A DNA stretch of 64,000 nt from Spirochaetia bacterium. Its GTDB lineage: Bacteria; Spirochaetota; Spirochaetia; SZUA-6; Bin103. Location: NCBI GenBank assembly GCA_965203055.1, contig OZ241863.1, positions 1,088,001 through 1,152,000 on the forward strand, written 5' to 3'. This document shows, piece after piece, positions 50,847 to 60,490 of this stretch (its first letter is position 1; each line of letters begins with the position of its first letter). A program made the translations under genes and the position numbers. The notes beneath the pieces are model-generated. The model saw nothing but the letters and a program-made list of their open reading frames with translations. It was not told the origin of the DNA and did no database searches.

Positions 50847-50965
50847 GAGACGGCGCTACCGTAGTGCCTTACCCGCCCTCATGCAACCGCCAGGCAGGCA
50901 CGGGCACACTTCCAAAATGTAGGTAAGCGTCAGGCCGCTTGGCGGCCAAGCCCAAGTCTCAGTGA

Positions 50966-51975
50966 TCACCGGTCTACCGGCGCCTGACGATCCTCGCCGG
51001 GGCGGCCGCATCCGGCGCCGGCGTGGCGGTAGCGGTGATGGGCGGCGCACAGCAGGCGGAGATTGTTCGGCTCGGCGGCGCCGCCGCAGGCATACGGCAC
51101 GACGTGATCGATCTGCAGCAGGTGTTGGGAGCCGCAACGGCGCCCGCTGGTGCGGTCCACGTAGCGGCAGCGGCCGCGGTCGCGCCGCCAGACCTCGCGC
51201 TTGACCGCCGCCGGGATGGCACGGCCGGTCACGCCGCCGGCCTTCGCTGCCGAAGTTTCGGTCCGCGCCGGCGGCGCGGGCTGCGCCACGCCCGCCGTCG
51301 CAGCCTGCCGGCCGAGGCGCCGCGTCTTCGGCGCCGAAGTGGCGTCGGTCGCCGGCTTCGCTGCCGAAGTGTCCGGGCGGTCAGCGGCTTCCTCTCCCGG
51401 CTCCGCCGCCGCCTGAGCCGATACCTTCGCCGCCGAAGGAGCGGCGCTGTCCGCGCCGCGAGCCGAGGCCGCCTGCGTCTTCGCCGCCGAAGTTTGCTCG
51501 GCTCCTATGGCCGGCGCGGCGCGCCGCCCGCGCGGCGGCCGGGCCGGATCGTGGCGGTCGAGCCCTTCCCGCACCAGCCGCCCCATGAGCTGCCCCATCG
51601 TCATGCGCGGATCGACGTGGGACAGGAGGCCCTGGAGCCGCTCCAAGCCGCGCCGGCACTCATCGTCGATCACCGCCTTGAGCTCCCAGCGCCCGCCGCC
51701 CAGGGGCCGCACCCGATCCGCCGGCGCCAGCTCCGGGTCCACCTCGGCCAGCAACTGCATCACCTGCCGGCTGCTCTTGCCGGACGCCTGCTCCACCAGC
51801 TCCCGCCGCGCCTCCGGGTCCAGCACCGGCGCCGGCGCCGGCTTCCGCTCCGCCGGCCGCGGCGGCGCCGAGCCGTTCTGCGACTGAGCGGCAGCCCCGC
51901 ACCCGGTCCCGCGCGGCGCGCTACGCGCCGCGCGTTCCTTCTTGCGCTCCTGCCGGTCGAACGCATGCTGCAACT
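50966..51975 (-). pseudogene. 5'-truncated second copy of the HNH-domain gene
   Basis: Homologous to the C-terminal part of 18873-20237 from LQHAFDRQER onward; N-terminus replaced by unrelated DNA. Confidence 0.85.
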
Positions 51976-51991
51976 CTGCGTGCGCCGAATG

Positions 51992-52234
51992 TCAGGGTAT
52001 TATTTTTCTATCTTTCTTTGAATAATAGGAGAGCGGACTACGTTTCTTCGTGTATTTGATGTAATTTTGGTGCCGTGATAAACTAAAACCATAATGGTTT
52101 TTTATTTTTGTTCTTATTTCGCTTCCATCTTTTAGATAAAGAACAATTTCTGGAATACGTTCAGAAGTAGTTTCAATTTTTACTTCTTCCATTGAAAAGA
52201 TAGTTAGAACTGATTCAATTAATTGTTTTGACAT
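51992..52234 (-). CDS. 80-aa hypothetical protein in an AT-rich insert
   Basis: ~30% GC by hand count over 51991-52250; ATG preceded by GGGGG; own stop. Confidence 0.45.
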   Translation of the reverse strand: MSKQLIESVLTIFSMEEVKIETTSERIPEIVLYLKDGSEIRTKIKNHYGFSLSRHQNYIKYTKKRSPLSYYSKKDRKIIP

Positions 52235-52249
52235 TTATAAACCCCCAAT

Positions 52250-52525
52250 TCAGATGCAATCGTGCACACGGCGCGTGGTTGCCGACGGCTGCTTCCGCAT
52301 CCACGAGCAGCACTACCAGCTGGTCAGGTGGAGTTCCGGTAACCGCGTTGTGAAAGCGTTCGAATGTCTGCTGACGGCTACCGCACGGGACGAGCTCCAA
52401 CGCAGCGACTTCGCTCTGGCCTGCTGCTTGATCGGGCGGAGAAATGCATCCATGCCTCGTCGTAGCGCAACCAAGGTGTCCCTACCGTCTCCCCCGCCTT
52501 CCAGGTAGATGGTGATGCCGTTCAC
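52250..52525 (-). pseudogene. DUF4276 family (TOPRIM-like) gene, frameshifted and truncated
   Basis: IYLEGGGD..LRRGMDAFL, then shifted VPCGSR..LLVDAE; coupled to upstream ATPase. Confidence 0.7.
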
Positions 52526-53712
52526 GGATTGGCGCCTAGTTCACCCATTCGCCACAGGTCGCCGAGTCGATATTCGTCCAGCCAACTGCTCAGACGCTCG
52601 GGGTCGAGCCGGCGCAGGACGGTGCCCTCGCCGGGACGCTCGCAGGTGAGCACGGCTTCCGGCTGGCCGGTCAGTTCCGAGATCAGCGCATCCGAGTGGG
52701 TGGTCACGATCAGTTGCATGCGCGCGGATGCCTCGACCAGGATCTCGGCGAACAGCGCCACCGCGTCGGGGTGCAGGCCGAGCTCCGGTTCTTCGATGCA
52801 TACCAGCGGCGGCGGAGACGGAGACAGAAGCACCGCCAGAATGGCGATGAAGCGGATCGTGCCATCCGACAGGCGCGTCGCCGGTACCGGCGCGCGAAAG
52901 CCCGTTTCGTGCAGATAGAACTGGACAGTGCCGCCGGAGATGCGGGTCGACATCCGTTCATAGCGAGGAAAGAACCGCGCCAGCAAGTCATCGAATCTGC
53001 GGCCGTCCCGGTGCTCGATCTGATTCAGCACCAATGCCAGGTTGCTTGCGTCGTCGAGCAGTCGGTCTTCGGGGTGATCCGTTCGTTGTGGCTGCCGCAG
53101 CGGCGTATAACGGCCGAACGTCCATTCCCGGAACGTCCGCATGGCGCCGAAACGCTCGCCGAGCCACGTAATCTCGGGATACACGTCGGGATCCTTGCGC
53201 TGCGCCATGACTGACTGATCCGGCAACAGCTTTTCCCGCTGGAGATGCCGAGTATAACCGGGTCCACCGCCGGAGGTATCCTTTACGTTGATGGCGGGTA
53301 GCCCGCGTTGGAAACGATAGTAGAAGTAAACATCGGCCTTTCCGGGTTCAGCGACGGTCTCCTCAATCGCCTCATCCAGCACTTCGACGCGTCCTCCCAC
53401 GGCCGTGAACTCGAGGCGGTAGCGCAGCGGCCGGTGGGTTGGCGTGCCGGTCCCCAACTCGACGTCGATCGTGGCCGCCCGATCCCCTGGTCCTTGTCCC
53501 TTCCACAGCCACTCTTGCGGACCGCCGCCGTCGCGAATCGCGGCCGCCAAGTTGGCAGGAGTCGCGTGGAGCAGCTCCACGGCTTCGATCACGTTCGACT
53601 TGCCCGCTCCGTTGGGGCCGATCAGGACGTTCAGCGGCTCAAGTTCGATGGCCTCCGATCCGGGCGCGAATGACAGGAACGAATCGAGATGGAGTCGTTG
53701 GATGGTCTTCAT
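52522..53712 (-). CDS. AAA_21-type ABC ATPase
   Basis: LIGPNGAGKSN, LSDGTIRF, IEEPELGLHPD, VTTHS, LGDLWRMGELG. Confidence 0.88.
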   Translation of the reverse strand: MKTIQRLHLDSFLSFAPGSEAIELEPLNVLIGPNGAGKSNVIEAVELLHATPANLAAAIRDGGGPQEWLWKGQGPGDRAATIDVELGTGTPTHRPLRYRLEFTAVGGRVEVLDEAIEETVAEPGKADVYFYYRFQRGLPAINVKDTSGGGPGYTRHLQREKLLPDQSVMAQRKDPDVYPEITWLGERFGAMRTFREWTFGRYTPLRQPQRTDHPEDRLLDDASNLALVLNQIEHRDGRRFDDLLARFFPRYERMSTRISGGTVQFYLHETGFRAPVPATRLSDGTIRFIAILAVLLSPSPPPLVCIEEPELGLHPDAVALFAEILVEASARMQLIVTTHSDALISELTGQPEAVLTCERPGEGTVLRRLDPERLSSWLDEYRLGDLWRMGELGANP

Positions 53713-53726
53713 GGCAGCCGCGCGGA

Positions 53727-54443
53727 TTAGTCGGCGTCGTCTACGGCGACGATGCAGGGGAGATGGCGCAGCGCGCCGGCGGCGTCGAGGCCGTAGCCCG
53801 CTACCCACACGTCGGGGATGCGGAACCCGACCAGATCGGGGGCCGCCTTGGCGCGCTGGGCAAGGGTGCGGGCCGGGGGATCGGTGAGCTGCTTGTCCAG
53901 CAACACACACACCTGCACGCTGCGCACCCCCCAGCGGGCCATGCGGTCGCGCAGCGCGGCGAGCGTGAAGCCGTGATCGAGGATGTCGTCCACCAGCAGC
54001 ATGGCGCGGCCGACCACGTCGGCCGGCTGCAGGTCGATCTGCACCCGCCGCTGCGCGCCGCCGGCGCCGAGCGCCGCGCCGTAGGTGCTGGTCTTGGCGA
54101 ACTCGTAGCGCACGTCGATGGTGCTGGCCGCGGCGAGCGCGCGGCCCAGGTCGGCCGCGAACATGAACGCGCCGGTGAGCACCGGGGTGATGACCAGCTC
54201 GCTGCCGCGCGGGTGATGATCGGCCAGCTCCGCGGCCAACTCGGTGACCCGCCGCTGCAGCACCTGCTCGGGGATCAGCACCCGCGGCGGCCGCGCCTGC
54301 AGCGCCGGCGGCAGGGCGATGCCATGTTGCCGCGGACTGGCGGCCGCGGGGTCGATTCCCGCCGCCGGGACCACGACCGGAGCGGCCGCGGGGACGGTGG
54401 GGGCCGCCGGGGCAGCGGGATGAACGTGCTGGTTCACCTTCAT
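53727..54443 (-). CDS. hpt: Hypoxanthine phosphoribosyltransferase
   Basis: VLTGAFMFAADL, LLVDDILDHGFTL, LLDK, VAGYGLD..RHLP; ATG overlaps leuB stop. Confidence 0.85.
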   Translation of the reverse strand: MKVNQHVHPAAPAAPTVPAAAPVVVPAAGIDPAAASPRQHGIALPPALQARPPRVLIPEQVLQRRVTELAAELADHHPRGSELVITPVLTGAFMFAADLGRALAAASTIDVRYEFAKTSTYGAALGAGGAQRRVQIDLQPADVVGRAMLLVDDILDHGFTLAALRDRMARWGVRSVQVCVLLDKQLTDPPARTLAQRAKAAPDLVGFRIPDVWVAGYGLDAAGALRHLPCIVAVDDAD

Positions 54444-55531
54444 CCCTCCTGCCGCACGCGGGCGGCTACTTCGTCGCCGAAGGCGGCGGTGGACAGCGCC
54501 GCGGCGCCGTTCGCCGGCGCCAGGTCCGCGGTCCGCCGGCCGGCTTCCAGCGCTCCCCACAGCGCGCGCCACACCGCGTCCGCCTCGGCGCGCAGGCCGA
54601 AGCTCTTCTCCAGCAGCAGGGCGGCGCTGCCGATCAGGGAGAACGGATTCGCCACGCCGCGCCCGGCGATGTCCGGCGCCGAACCGTGCACCGCCTCGTA
54701 GTAGCTCTGCTCCGGTCCAACGCTGGCGCTGCACATCAGGCCGAGGGAACCGACGATGCCGCCGGCCTGGTCGCTCAGAATGTCGCCCTGCATGTTGTCG
54801 AGCAGCATCACGCCGTTGAACTGCGCCGGGTCCACCGCCAACTGGAAGGCGGCGTTGTCCACCAGGATGAACGACTGCTCGACGTCGGGGTAGCGCGCCG
54901 CTACCTGCTCCACCACCTGCTCCCACAGCCGCGAGGTGGCGAGGATGTTGGCCTTGTGCACTACCGTGAGGTGACAGGAGCGGGTCCGCGCCTCGCCGAA
55001 CGCCACATCGGCGACCTGTTCGATCTGCTCCCGGGAGTAGCGGCAGTCGTCGCTGGCGTAGCGCCCCCGGGTGTGCTCGCCCTCCACCTTCTCGCCGAAG
55101 TAGATGCCGCCCACCAGCTCCCGTATCATCAGGATGTCGATCCCCTGGCCGATTATCTCCGGGCGCAGCGGCGACAGCTCGGCCAGCCGCGGCGGCAGCG
55201 CCACCGGCCGGTAGTTGGCGAAGGTGTTGTAACGCTGCCGCAGCTCCAGGACGGCCAGTTCGGGGCGCTGGTCCACCGGGATCGCCGCCATCTCCTCCAG
55301 CGCCACGCCGGCGGGGCCTTTCAGGATGGCGTCCGCGGCGTCGCACGTCTCCTTGGATTGCTGGGGAAACGCGGCGCCGCAGGAGAAGTAGGCGCCGGCG
55401 CCAAACGGCGCGCGCCGATAGGCAAAGCGATGGCCGTAGCGCTCGGCCACGGCGTCCAACACCTTGATCGCTTCGGTGACGATCTCTGGCCCGATGCCGT
55501 CGCCTTCGAGGACGGCGATTGAAGCGTTCAT
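54440..55531 (-). CDS. leuB: 3-isopropylmalate dehydrogenase
   Basis: GDGIGPEI, FANYRP, RELVGGIYFG, KANIL, VDNAA, GDILSD, EAVHGSAPDIAG. Confidence 0.92.
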   Translation of the reverse strand: MNASIAVLEGDGIGPEIVTEAIKVLDAVAERYGHRFAYRRAPFGAGAYFSCGAAFPQQSKETCDAADAILKGPAGVALEEMAAIPVDQRPELAVLELRQRYNTFANYRPVALPPRLAELSPLRPEIIGQGIDILMIRELVGGIYFGEKVEGEHTRGRYASDDCRYSREQIEQVADVAFGEARTRSCHLTVVHKANILATSRLWEQVVEQVAARYPDVEQSFILVDNAAFQLAVDPAQFNGVMLLDNMQGDILSDQAGGIVGSLGLMCSASVGPEQSYYEAVHGSAPDIAGRGVANPFSLIGSAALLLEKSFGLRAEADAVWRALWGALEAGRRTADLAPANGAAALSTAAFGDEVAARVRQEG

Positions 55532-55581
55532 CTGCCGCGCACCCTACCATCAACGCCTAACGTCGTGTACCGTCTCCGCCG

Positions 55582-56370
55582 ATGGCGGCAGCGGAGCGCG
55601 CCGGGGCTGCCGGCGGCCAGCATTGGAGCCCTGAGTACTACCGCCGGTGGGCCTCCTACGTGCCGGAGCTGGGCCGCGGGGTGGTGGACCTGCTCGATCC
55701 GCGCCCGCAGGAACGGGTGCTCGACCTGGGCTGCGGCGACGGCGCCTTGACCGAGCGCCTCGCCGCGCGCGGCTGCGCGGTGGTCGGGCTGGAGCGCAGC
55801 GCCGCGTTCGCGGCCGCGGCGCGGCGGCGCGGGCTGGAGGTGGTCGAAGGGGACGCGCGACGCCTGCGCGACGCCGGGCTGCCGGCGGGCGGGTTCGACG
55901 CCGTGTTCTCCAACGCCGTGCTGCACTGGATCCGGCAGCCGGAGGCGGTGATCGCGGGAGTGCGCCGCCTGCTGCGGCGCGGGGGCCGCTTCGTGGCCGA
56001 GTTCGGGGGCGCCGGCAACGTCGCCGCGGTACGCGCCGCCCTGCACGGCGCGTTGCGCCGGCGGGGGATCGATCCGGCGGCGCGCGATCCGTGGTACTTT
56101 CCCACCGCCGCGGCGTACCGCGCGCTGCTGGAGGCCGGCGGCTTCGCCGTCCCCGAAATCAGGCTGTTTCCGCGCCCCACCGCGGTACCGGGCAGCATCA
56201 CCGAATGGTTGCGCACGTTCGCCCCCGCGTTTCTCGACGGTCTCGAACCGGACGCCAAGCGGCAGGTCGAAGCGGAAGTGAAGGCCGCCACGGCGCCGCG
56301 CCTGCGGGCTGCCGACGGCTCCTGGACGGTGGACTACGTGCGCTTGCGGTTCCGCGCGGTCCGGCAGTAG
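55582..56370 (+). CDS. Class I SAM methyltransferase (Tam-like)
   Basis: VLDLGCGDG, FDAVFSNAVLHW, EFGGAGNV, DYVRLRF. Confidence 0.85.
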   Translation: MAAAERAGAAGGQHWSPEYYRRWASYVPELGRGVVDLLDPRPQERVLDLGCGDGALTERLAARGCAVVGLERSAAFAAAARRRGLEVVEGDARRLRDAGLPAGGFDAVFSNAVLHWIRQPEAVIAGVRRLLRRGGRFVAEFGGAGNVAAVRAALHGALRRRGIDPAARDPWYFPTAAAYRALLEAGGFAVPEIRLFPRPTAVPGSITEWLRTFAPAFLDGLEPDAKRQVEAEVKAATAPRLRAADGSWTVDYVRLRFRAVRQ

Positions 56371-56417
56371 CCGCGGAGCGTTGCCGGCGGCCGCCGCCGG
56401 CGGCGGGCTGCCCCGCG

Positions 56418-56930
56418 TTACGGCGGCGTGGTGCGGGGCCGGCTCAGCGTGGTCCAGACGGGCGCGCGCCGGCGCGCCAGGTCCACGATCTGGCCGCTGT
56501 GGTAGGAGGCGTGGTTGACGGCCCGCAGCAGCGCCTGCAGGACGGTATGCGGCTCGCCGCGGATGGTGACCACGCGGTTCAGGTCGGCCGGCGTGAGGCT
56601 GGCGAGGCTCGCTTCGAGGCGCTCCCAGCCGGCGCGCCACTTGGCCATCACCGCCTCCTTTTCCACCACGTCGTTGCGGAACTCCGAGTCACGGTCGCGG
56701 TCCGGCTTCTCGCCGTCGCTGGTGAGGAAGTCGGTGAACCGGGAGTGGAGGTTGCCGCCGACGTGCTTCATCAGCATGGCCACGCTGTTGCCGCGTTCGT
56801 CCGGCAGCCAGGCCAGGTCGGCGGCGGGCATCTGCGCGACGGCGCCTTCGGCGAGCCGGCGCGCCAGGGCGAATTCGTCGCCGAGGAAGCGCAGCAGGTC
56901 GGCGGCGGTGCGGGTGGCGTCATCATTCAT
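56418..56930 (-). CDS. DUF1572/DinB family protein
   Basis: NSVAMLMKHVGGNLHSRFTDFLTSDGEKPDRDRDSEF, HASYHSGQIV. Confidence 0.88.
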   Translation of the reverse strand: MNDDATRTAADLLRFLGDEFALARRLAEGAVAQMPAADLAWLPDERGNSVAMLMKHVGGNLHSRFTDFLTSDGEKPDRDRDSEFRNDVVEKEAVMAKWRAGWERLEASLASLTPADLNRVVTIRGEPHTVLQALLRAVNHASYHSGQIVDLARRRAPVWTTLSRPRTTPP

Positions 56931-56954
56931 GGGGACGATGCTAAACCGGCCCGC

Positions 56955-57200
56955 CGGCAATCGCCAAGCGCCAACCGCAACCGGCAACTGCCAAGCGCCA
57001 ACCGGCAACATCCAGCCGCCGGCCACCGCCGGCCACCGCCGGCCAACCGCCAGCCGCCAACCGCAAGCGCCAGCCGCCAACCGCAAGCGCCAACCGCAAG
57101 CGCCAACCGCAAGCGCCAACCGCCAACCGCCAACCGCCAACCGCCAACCGCCAACCGTCAATCCCGGCCAACCCCGGCCAGCCGCAACCGCCAATCGCCG
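56955..57200. repeat. Compound low-complexity tandem repeat (CGCCAAC 7-mers, CGCCAACCGCAAG 13-mers, CGCCGGCCAC 10-mers)
   Basis: Directly visible; T-poor on the + strand; between divergent genes. Confidence 0.85.
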
Positions 57201-57237
57201 GGTGACGAACGGCGCGGGCGGCGGTATCAATGAGTAC

Positions 57238-58536
57238 ATGCACCTTGAACCAAAGCAGTCTTCCGCCGGACCGTCCCGCCGCAGCGCGGGGAATGATCTT
57301 CCGTACCGCGCCGACCCTGCGCGCCGGCCGAAGCGGCCGCTGCGGCCGGGACACGGCGGCGGAGGTGGTTCTCCGCGTCGCGCTGCGCCCGTACCCCGTA
57401 CGGCCGCATCGTTCCTGCGGCCGGGCATCCGGGTTGCCATCTCGTTCCTGTTGTTGCTCGCCGGCCTGGGCGCGGCCGCGCAGACGCAGCAGCACTCTTC
57501 GCAGGAACACCGGTTCCAACTGGTCACGGTGGCCGCCGGCCTGCACCATCCCTGGGCGCTGGCGTTCCTGCCCGGCGGCGACCTGCTGGTCACCGAACGC
57601 CGCGGGCGCCTGCTGCGCATCACGGCGGACGGCGGCACGCGCGAGATCGGCGGGCTGCCGGAGGTCACCGCGACAGGTCAGGGCGGGCTGCTGGACCTGG
57701 TGCTGGATCCGGACTTCGCCGACAACCGTCTGCTCTACTTCTCCTATTCGGAGCAGGTCGGAGGCCGCCTGCGCACCGCGGTCGCGCGCGCCGAGCTGGC
57801 CGGCGACCGCCTGGCCGGGCTGGAACGCATCTTCGCCATGAACCGGGCGTCGAGCGCCGGGCGCCACTTCGGGTCACGCCTGGCGTTCCTGCCCGACGGC
57901 GACCTGCTGGTGACCATAGGCGACCGCGGGCAGCGCGACCGCGCCCAGGACCCGTCCGATCACGCCGGCTCGGTGCTGCGCATCCGCCCGGACGGCAGTC
58001 CGTCGCCGCGTACCACCGCACTCGCGATTCCCGGCGCGGCCCCCGAGGTGTTCACCTTCGGCCACCGCAACGCCCAGGGCCTGGCCATCCATCCCGCGAC
58101 CGGCGCCATCTGGGTTCACGAGCACGGCCCGCGCGGCGGCGACGAGATCAACGTACTGCGCGGCGGCGCCAACTACGGTTGGCCGCTGGCGACCCACGGG
58201 CGCGAGTACTGGGGCGGCCGCATCGCGAGCAGCGAAGCGCCGGGCACGGAGCAGCCGCTGCTGCACTGGACCCCTTCCATTGCGCCCTCCGGGATGGCGT
58301 TCTACACCGGTACCGAGTTTCCGCGCTGGAACGGCGACCTGTTCGTGGGCGCGCTGGCCGGACGCCATCTGCGCCGCGTGGTGCTGCGCGGCGGGGCGGT
58401 AGTCGACCAGGAGGTGCTGCTGGAGGGGCGCCCGGGGCGCATCCGCGACGTGCGCCAGGGGCCGAACGGGCGCCTGTGGCTGCTCACCGACGAGCGCCGC
58501 GGGGGGCTCTACCGCCTCGACCCGGTGGCGCCGTAG
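57238..58536 (+). CDS. PQQ-dependent sugar dehydrogenase (YliI/GSDH family); start uncertain
   Basis: GLHHPWALAFLP, GQGGLLD, HFGSRL, GHRNAQGL, EHGPRGGDEIN, NYGWP, SIAPSG. Confidence 0.88.
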   Translation: MHLEPKQSSAGPSRRSAGNDLPYRADPARRPKRPLRPGHGGGGGSPRRAAPVPRTAASFLRPGIRVAISFLLLLAGLGAAAQTQQHSSQEHRFQLVTVAAGLHHPWALAFLPGGDLLVTERRGRLLRITADGGTREIGGLPEVTATGQGGLLDLVLDPDFADNRLLYFSYSEQVGGRLRTAVARAELAGDRLAGLERIFAMNRASSAGRHFGSRLAFLPDGDLLVTIGDRGQRDRAQDPSDHAGSVLRIRPDGSPSPRTTALAIPGAAPEVFTFGHRNAQGLAIHPATGAIWVHEHGPRGGDEINVLRGGANYGWPLATHGREYWGGRIASSEAPGTEQPLLHWTPSIAPSGMAFYTGTEFPRWNGDLFVGALAGRHLRRVVLRGGAVVDQEVLLEGRPGRIRDVRQGPNGRLWLLTDERRGGLYRLDPVAP

Positions 58537-58554
58537 GAGCGCGCGCTCAGAGGC

Positions 58555-58770
58555 TCAGAGGCGCGAGACGACCACCACCAACCAGATCACGATGGCCAAC
58601 TCCGCCAGCAGCACGACGGCGAGCAGCAGCCCCTGGCTGACGCGCACCCCCTGACCGGAGCGCACCATCTTGAGCATCGGCGTACCCAGGGCGCCGGTCA
58701 TGACGCCGAGCAGCACGCCCGCAGCTACGACCATGACGATGACGAACAGGTTGAGCAGGTTGACGGGCAC
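58555..58770 (-). CDS. Small two-TM membrane protein
   Basis: Two hydrophobic helices in 71 aa from GTG 58770. Confidence 0.5.
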   Translation of the reverse strand: MPVNLLNLFVIVMVVAAGVLLGVMTGALGTPMLKMVRSGQGVRVSQGLLLAVVLLAELAIVIWLVVVVSRL

Positions 58771-59113
58771 GGCAACAGCATACCGCCAAGCCGCCCCGGG
58801 CTCAACCGCGCGTGCCGGTCGGTCCGTCCGCCGGTTGTCCAGGCCTGCCTGCCTGCCTGCCTGCCGGCCGGGCCGCTTGACGTCGTGCCTCCTGGGGTAC
58901 ATGATCATGCTCGGTTTCGCGTGGACTCCGAAGCTCCGTGTAGCGGAGGATCCCCTTAGGCGGAGTTTCTCGACCTCCGGGACGTTGCCGGGATCGGGAA
59001 GCGCGGGCAAGCGGCCAGGCCGTCTCAGCGGTAACCCGCTTGCCTTAAAGGCGTGTAGACGAAGTATCTCATGCAACGTAGTTGCATTCGTCGCTAACCA
59101 TCCAACTCTGTCT

Positions 59114-59148
59114 AACTATAGCCGCGCCAAAACGGCGCGGCTATAGTT
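59114..59148. promoter_or_regulatory. Perfect 15-bp inverted repeat with 5-nt loop
   Basis: AACTATAGCCGCGCC-AAAAC-GGCGCGGCTATAGTT, ~60 nt before the ATPase gene. Confidence 0.6.
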
Positions 59149-59206
59149 TCTACCGACTTGGCGACACTGGTTGGCCGGTCTGCCGGAATGCTGCTACGGT
59201 GCTCTC

Positions 59207-60490
59207 GTGGAACTGAGGAGACTCTCTCTTGAGCACTACAAGGGTTACGCGCAGCGGGCCGAGTTGGAGCTCGCGCCGCTCACCATCCTCGTAGGCGCTA
59301 ACAACTCCGGCAAGACGGCGCTTGGGCAGGCCATCCAGTTGCTGGCGGGCGGGCTGGCTCCCGAATGGTGGGCCACGTCGGAGCCGCTACCGCTCGAGTC
59401 CGGCGGAATCCGGCACGGCGAGACATTCGCGGACTTGGTGACCGGACGCAGCGTGCATGGCTGGTTGCACCTGTCGGCCAGCATGGCTGACGCCAACCGT
59501 GAGCTATCCCTGTCTGCTACCGTACGCCACGTGGAGATTCCGCCCCGGCCTCCTGCGCGCCAGGTTGCCGACTGGCGCTTCACGACCCGCGGCGGCGAGA
59601 TCGCGTTGCAGAGATCAGGGTTCGAACACCAATCAGACTATGAAATCACTGCTTCCGGGTCGGCCCCATTGCGCCGGCCGGTCCCTTGGCAAGGGCTCCT
59701 ACCGGATCTGCTCACGCAAGAGGCGCTGCAGTCGCGGGAGTTCGCGAAGATCATGGCGGGCTTGAATATCATGAACACCTTGGCGGACTTCGAGAGACTG
59801 CGGAGGTGGGCGCGCGGCGTTCGCCATCTGCAGTGCCAGCGCAGTCTTCCGGCAGCGCCGTTCATCACGCCGGAGAGCGCGCCGGCGGTCTTTGCGCCGG
59901 ACGGCAGGAACACTCAGTTCGTCGTGGCGGCGAACGACGAGTTGTGCGAATCGGTGCGGAGCTGGTACCGCGGCGCGTTTGGGGTGACCATCGACGTGGC
60001 ATCTCAGGGGGCCTACTCTGAACTGATGGTCGGCTCCCCGGCCCGTGACGCCAACGTACGACTCACGCAATCGGGGCGCGGGCTGCTACAGGTTTTGCCG
60101 GTCGTGGTCATGGCGCTGACGGCCAAGGCGGCGGGACCGGGCGTCGATGTCATCGAGCACCCGGAGGCCGAGCTGCATCCGGAGGCTCACGCCCACGTTG
60201 CGGAACTGCTGCTTGCCAACCTCGCAGGTCGGGGTCGGCCTCTTGTCGTGGAAACGCACTCCGAGATGGTGCTGCTACGCGCCCGGCGTTGGATCGCGGA
60301 GGGGCGGTTGCCGGCCGATGACGTCGTCATCTATTGGGTGCACGTGGAGCCGGGGATCGGCTCCGTCCTGCGCAAGATCAGAATCGACGAAGAGGGTCAG
60401 TTGGACCGTTGGCCGGACGGCGTGTTCATCGAAGATTATGAGGAAATCATGGCCATCAGACGCGCGGCTAGGCCGCGGGAACAGAGCTGA
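59207..60490 (+). CDS. AAA_15/AAA_21 ATPase with DUF3696-like C-terminus (Menshen NsnB-like)
   Basis: LVGANNSGKT, GRGLLQVLPVV, IEHPEAELHP, VETHSE, IDEEGQLDRWPDGVF. Confidence 0.85.
   Translation: MELRRLSLEHYKGYAQRAELELAPLTILVGANNSGKTALGQAIQLLAGGLAPEWWATSEPLPLESGGIRHGETFADLVTGRSVHGWLHLSASMADANRELSLSATVRHVEIPPRPPARQVADWRFTTRGGEIALQRSGFEHQSDYEITASGSAPLRRPVPWQGLLPDLLTQEALQSREFAKIMAGLNIMNTLADFERLRRWARGVRHLQCQRSLPAAPFITPESAPAVFAPDGRNTQFVVAANDELCESVRSWYRGAFGVTIDVASQGAYSELMVGSPARDANVRLTQSGRGLLQVLPVVVMALTAKAAGPGVDVIEHPEAELHPEAHAHVAELLLANLAGRGRPLVVETHSEMVLLRARRWIAEGRLPADDVVIYWVHVEPGIGSVLRKIRIDEEGQLDRWPDGVFIEDYEEIMAIRRAARPREQS

Noticed and set aside
56955..57200. Possible CRISPR array
   Set aside because: Short tandem units without unique spacers; no cas genes
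58900..59100. Lower-GC stretch, N-terminal part of ORF 58555-59076
   Set aside because: Probably a gene remnant, but no family could be recognised
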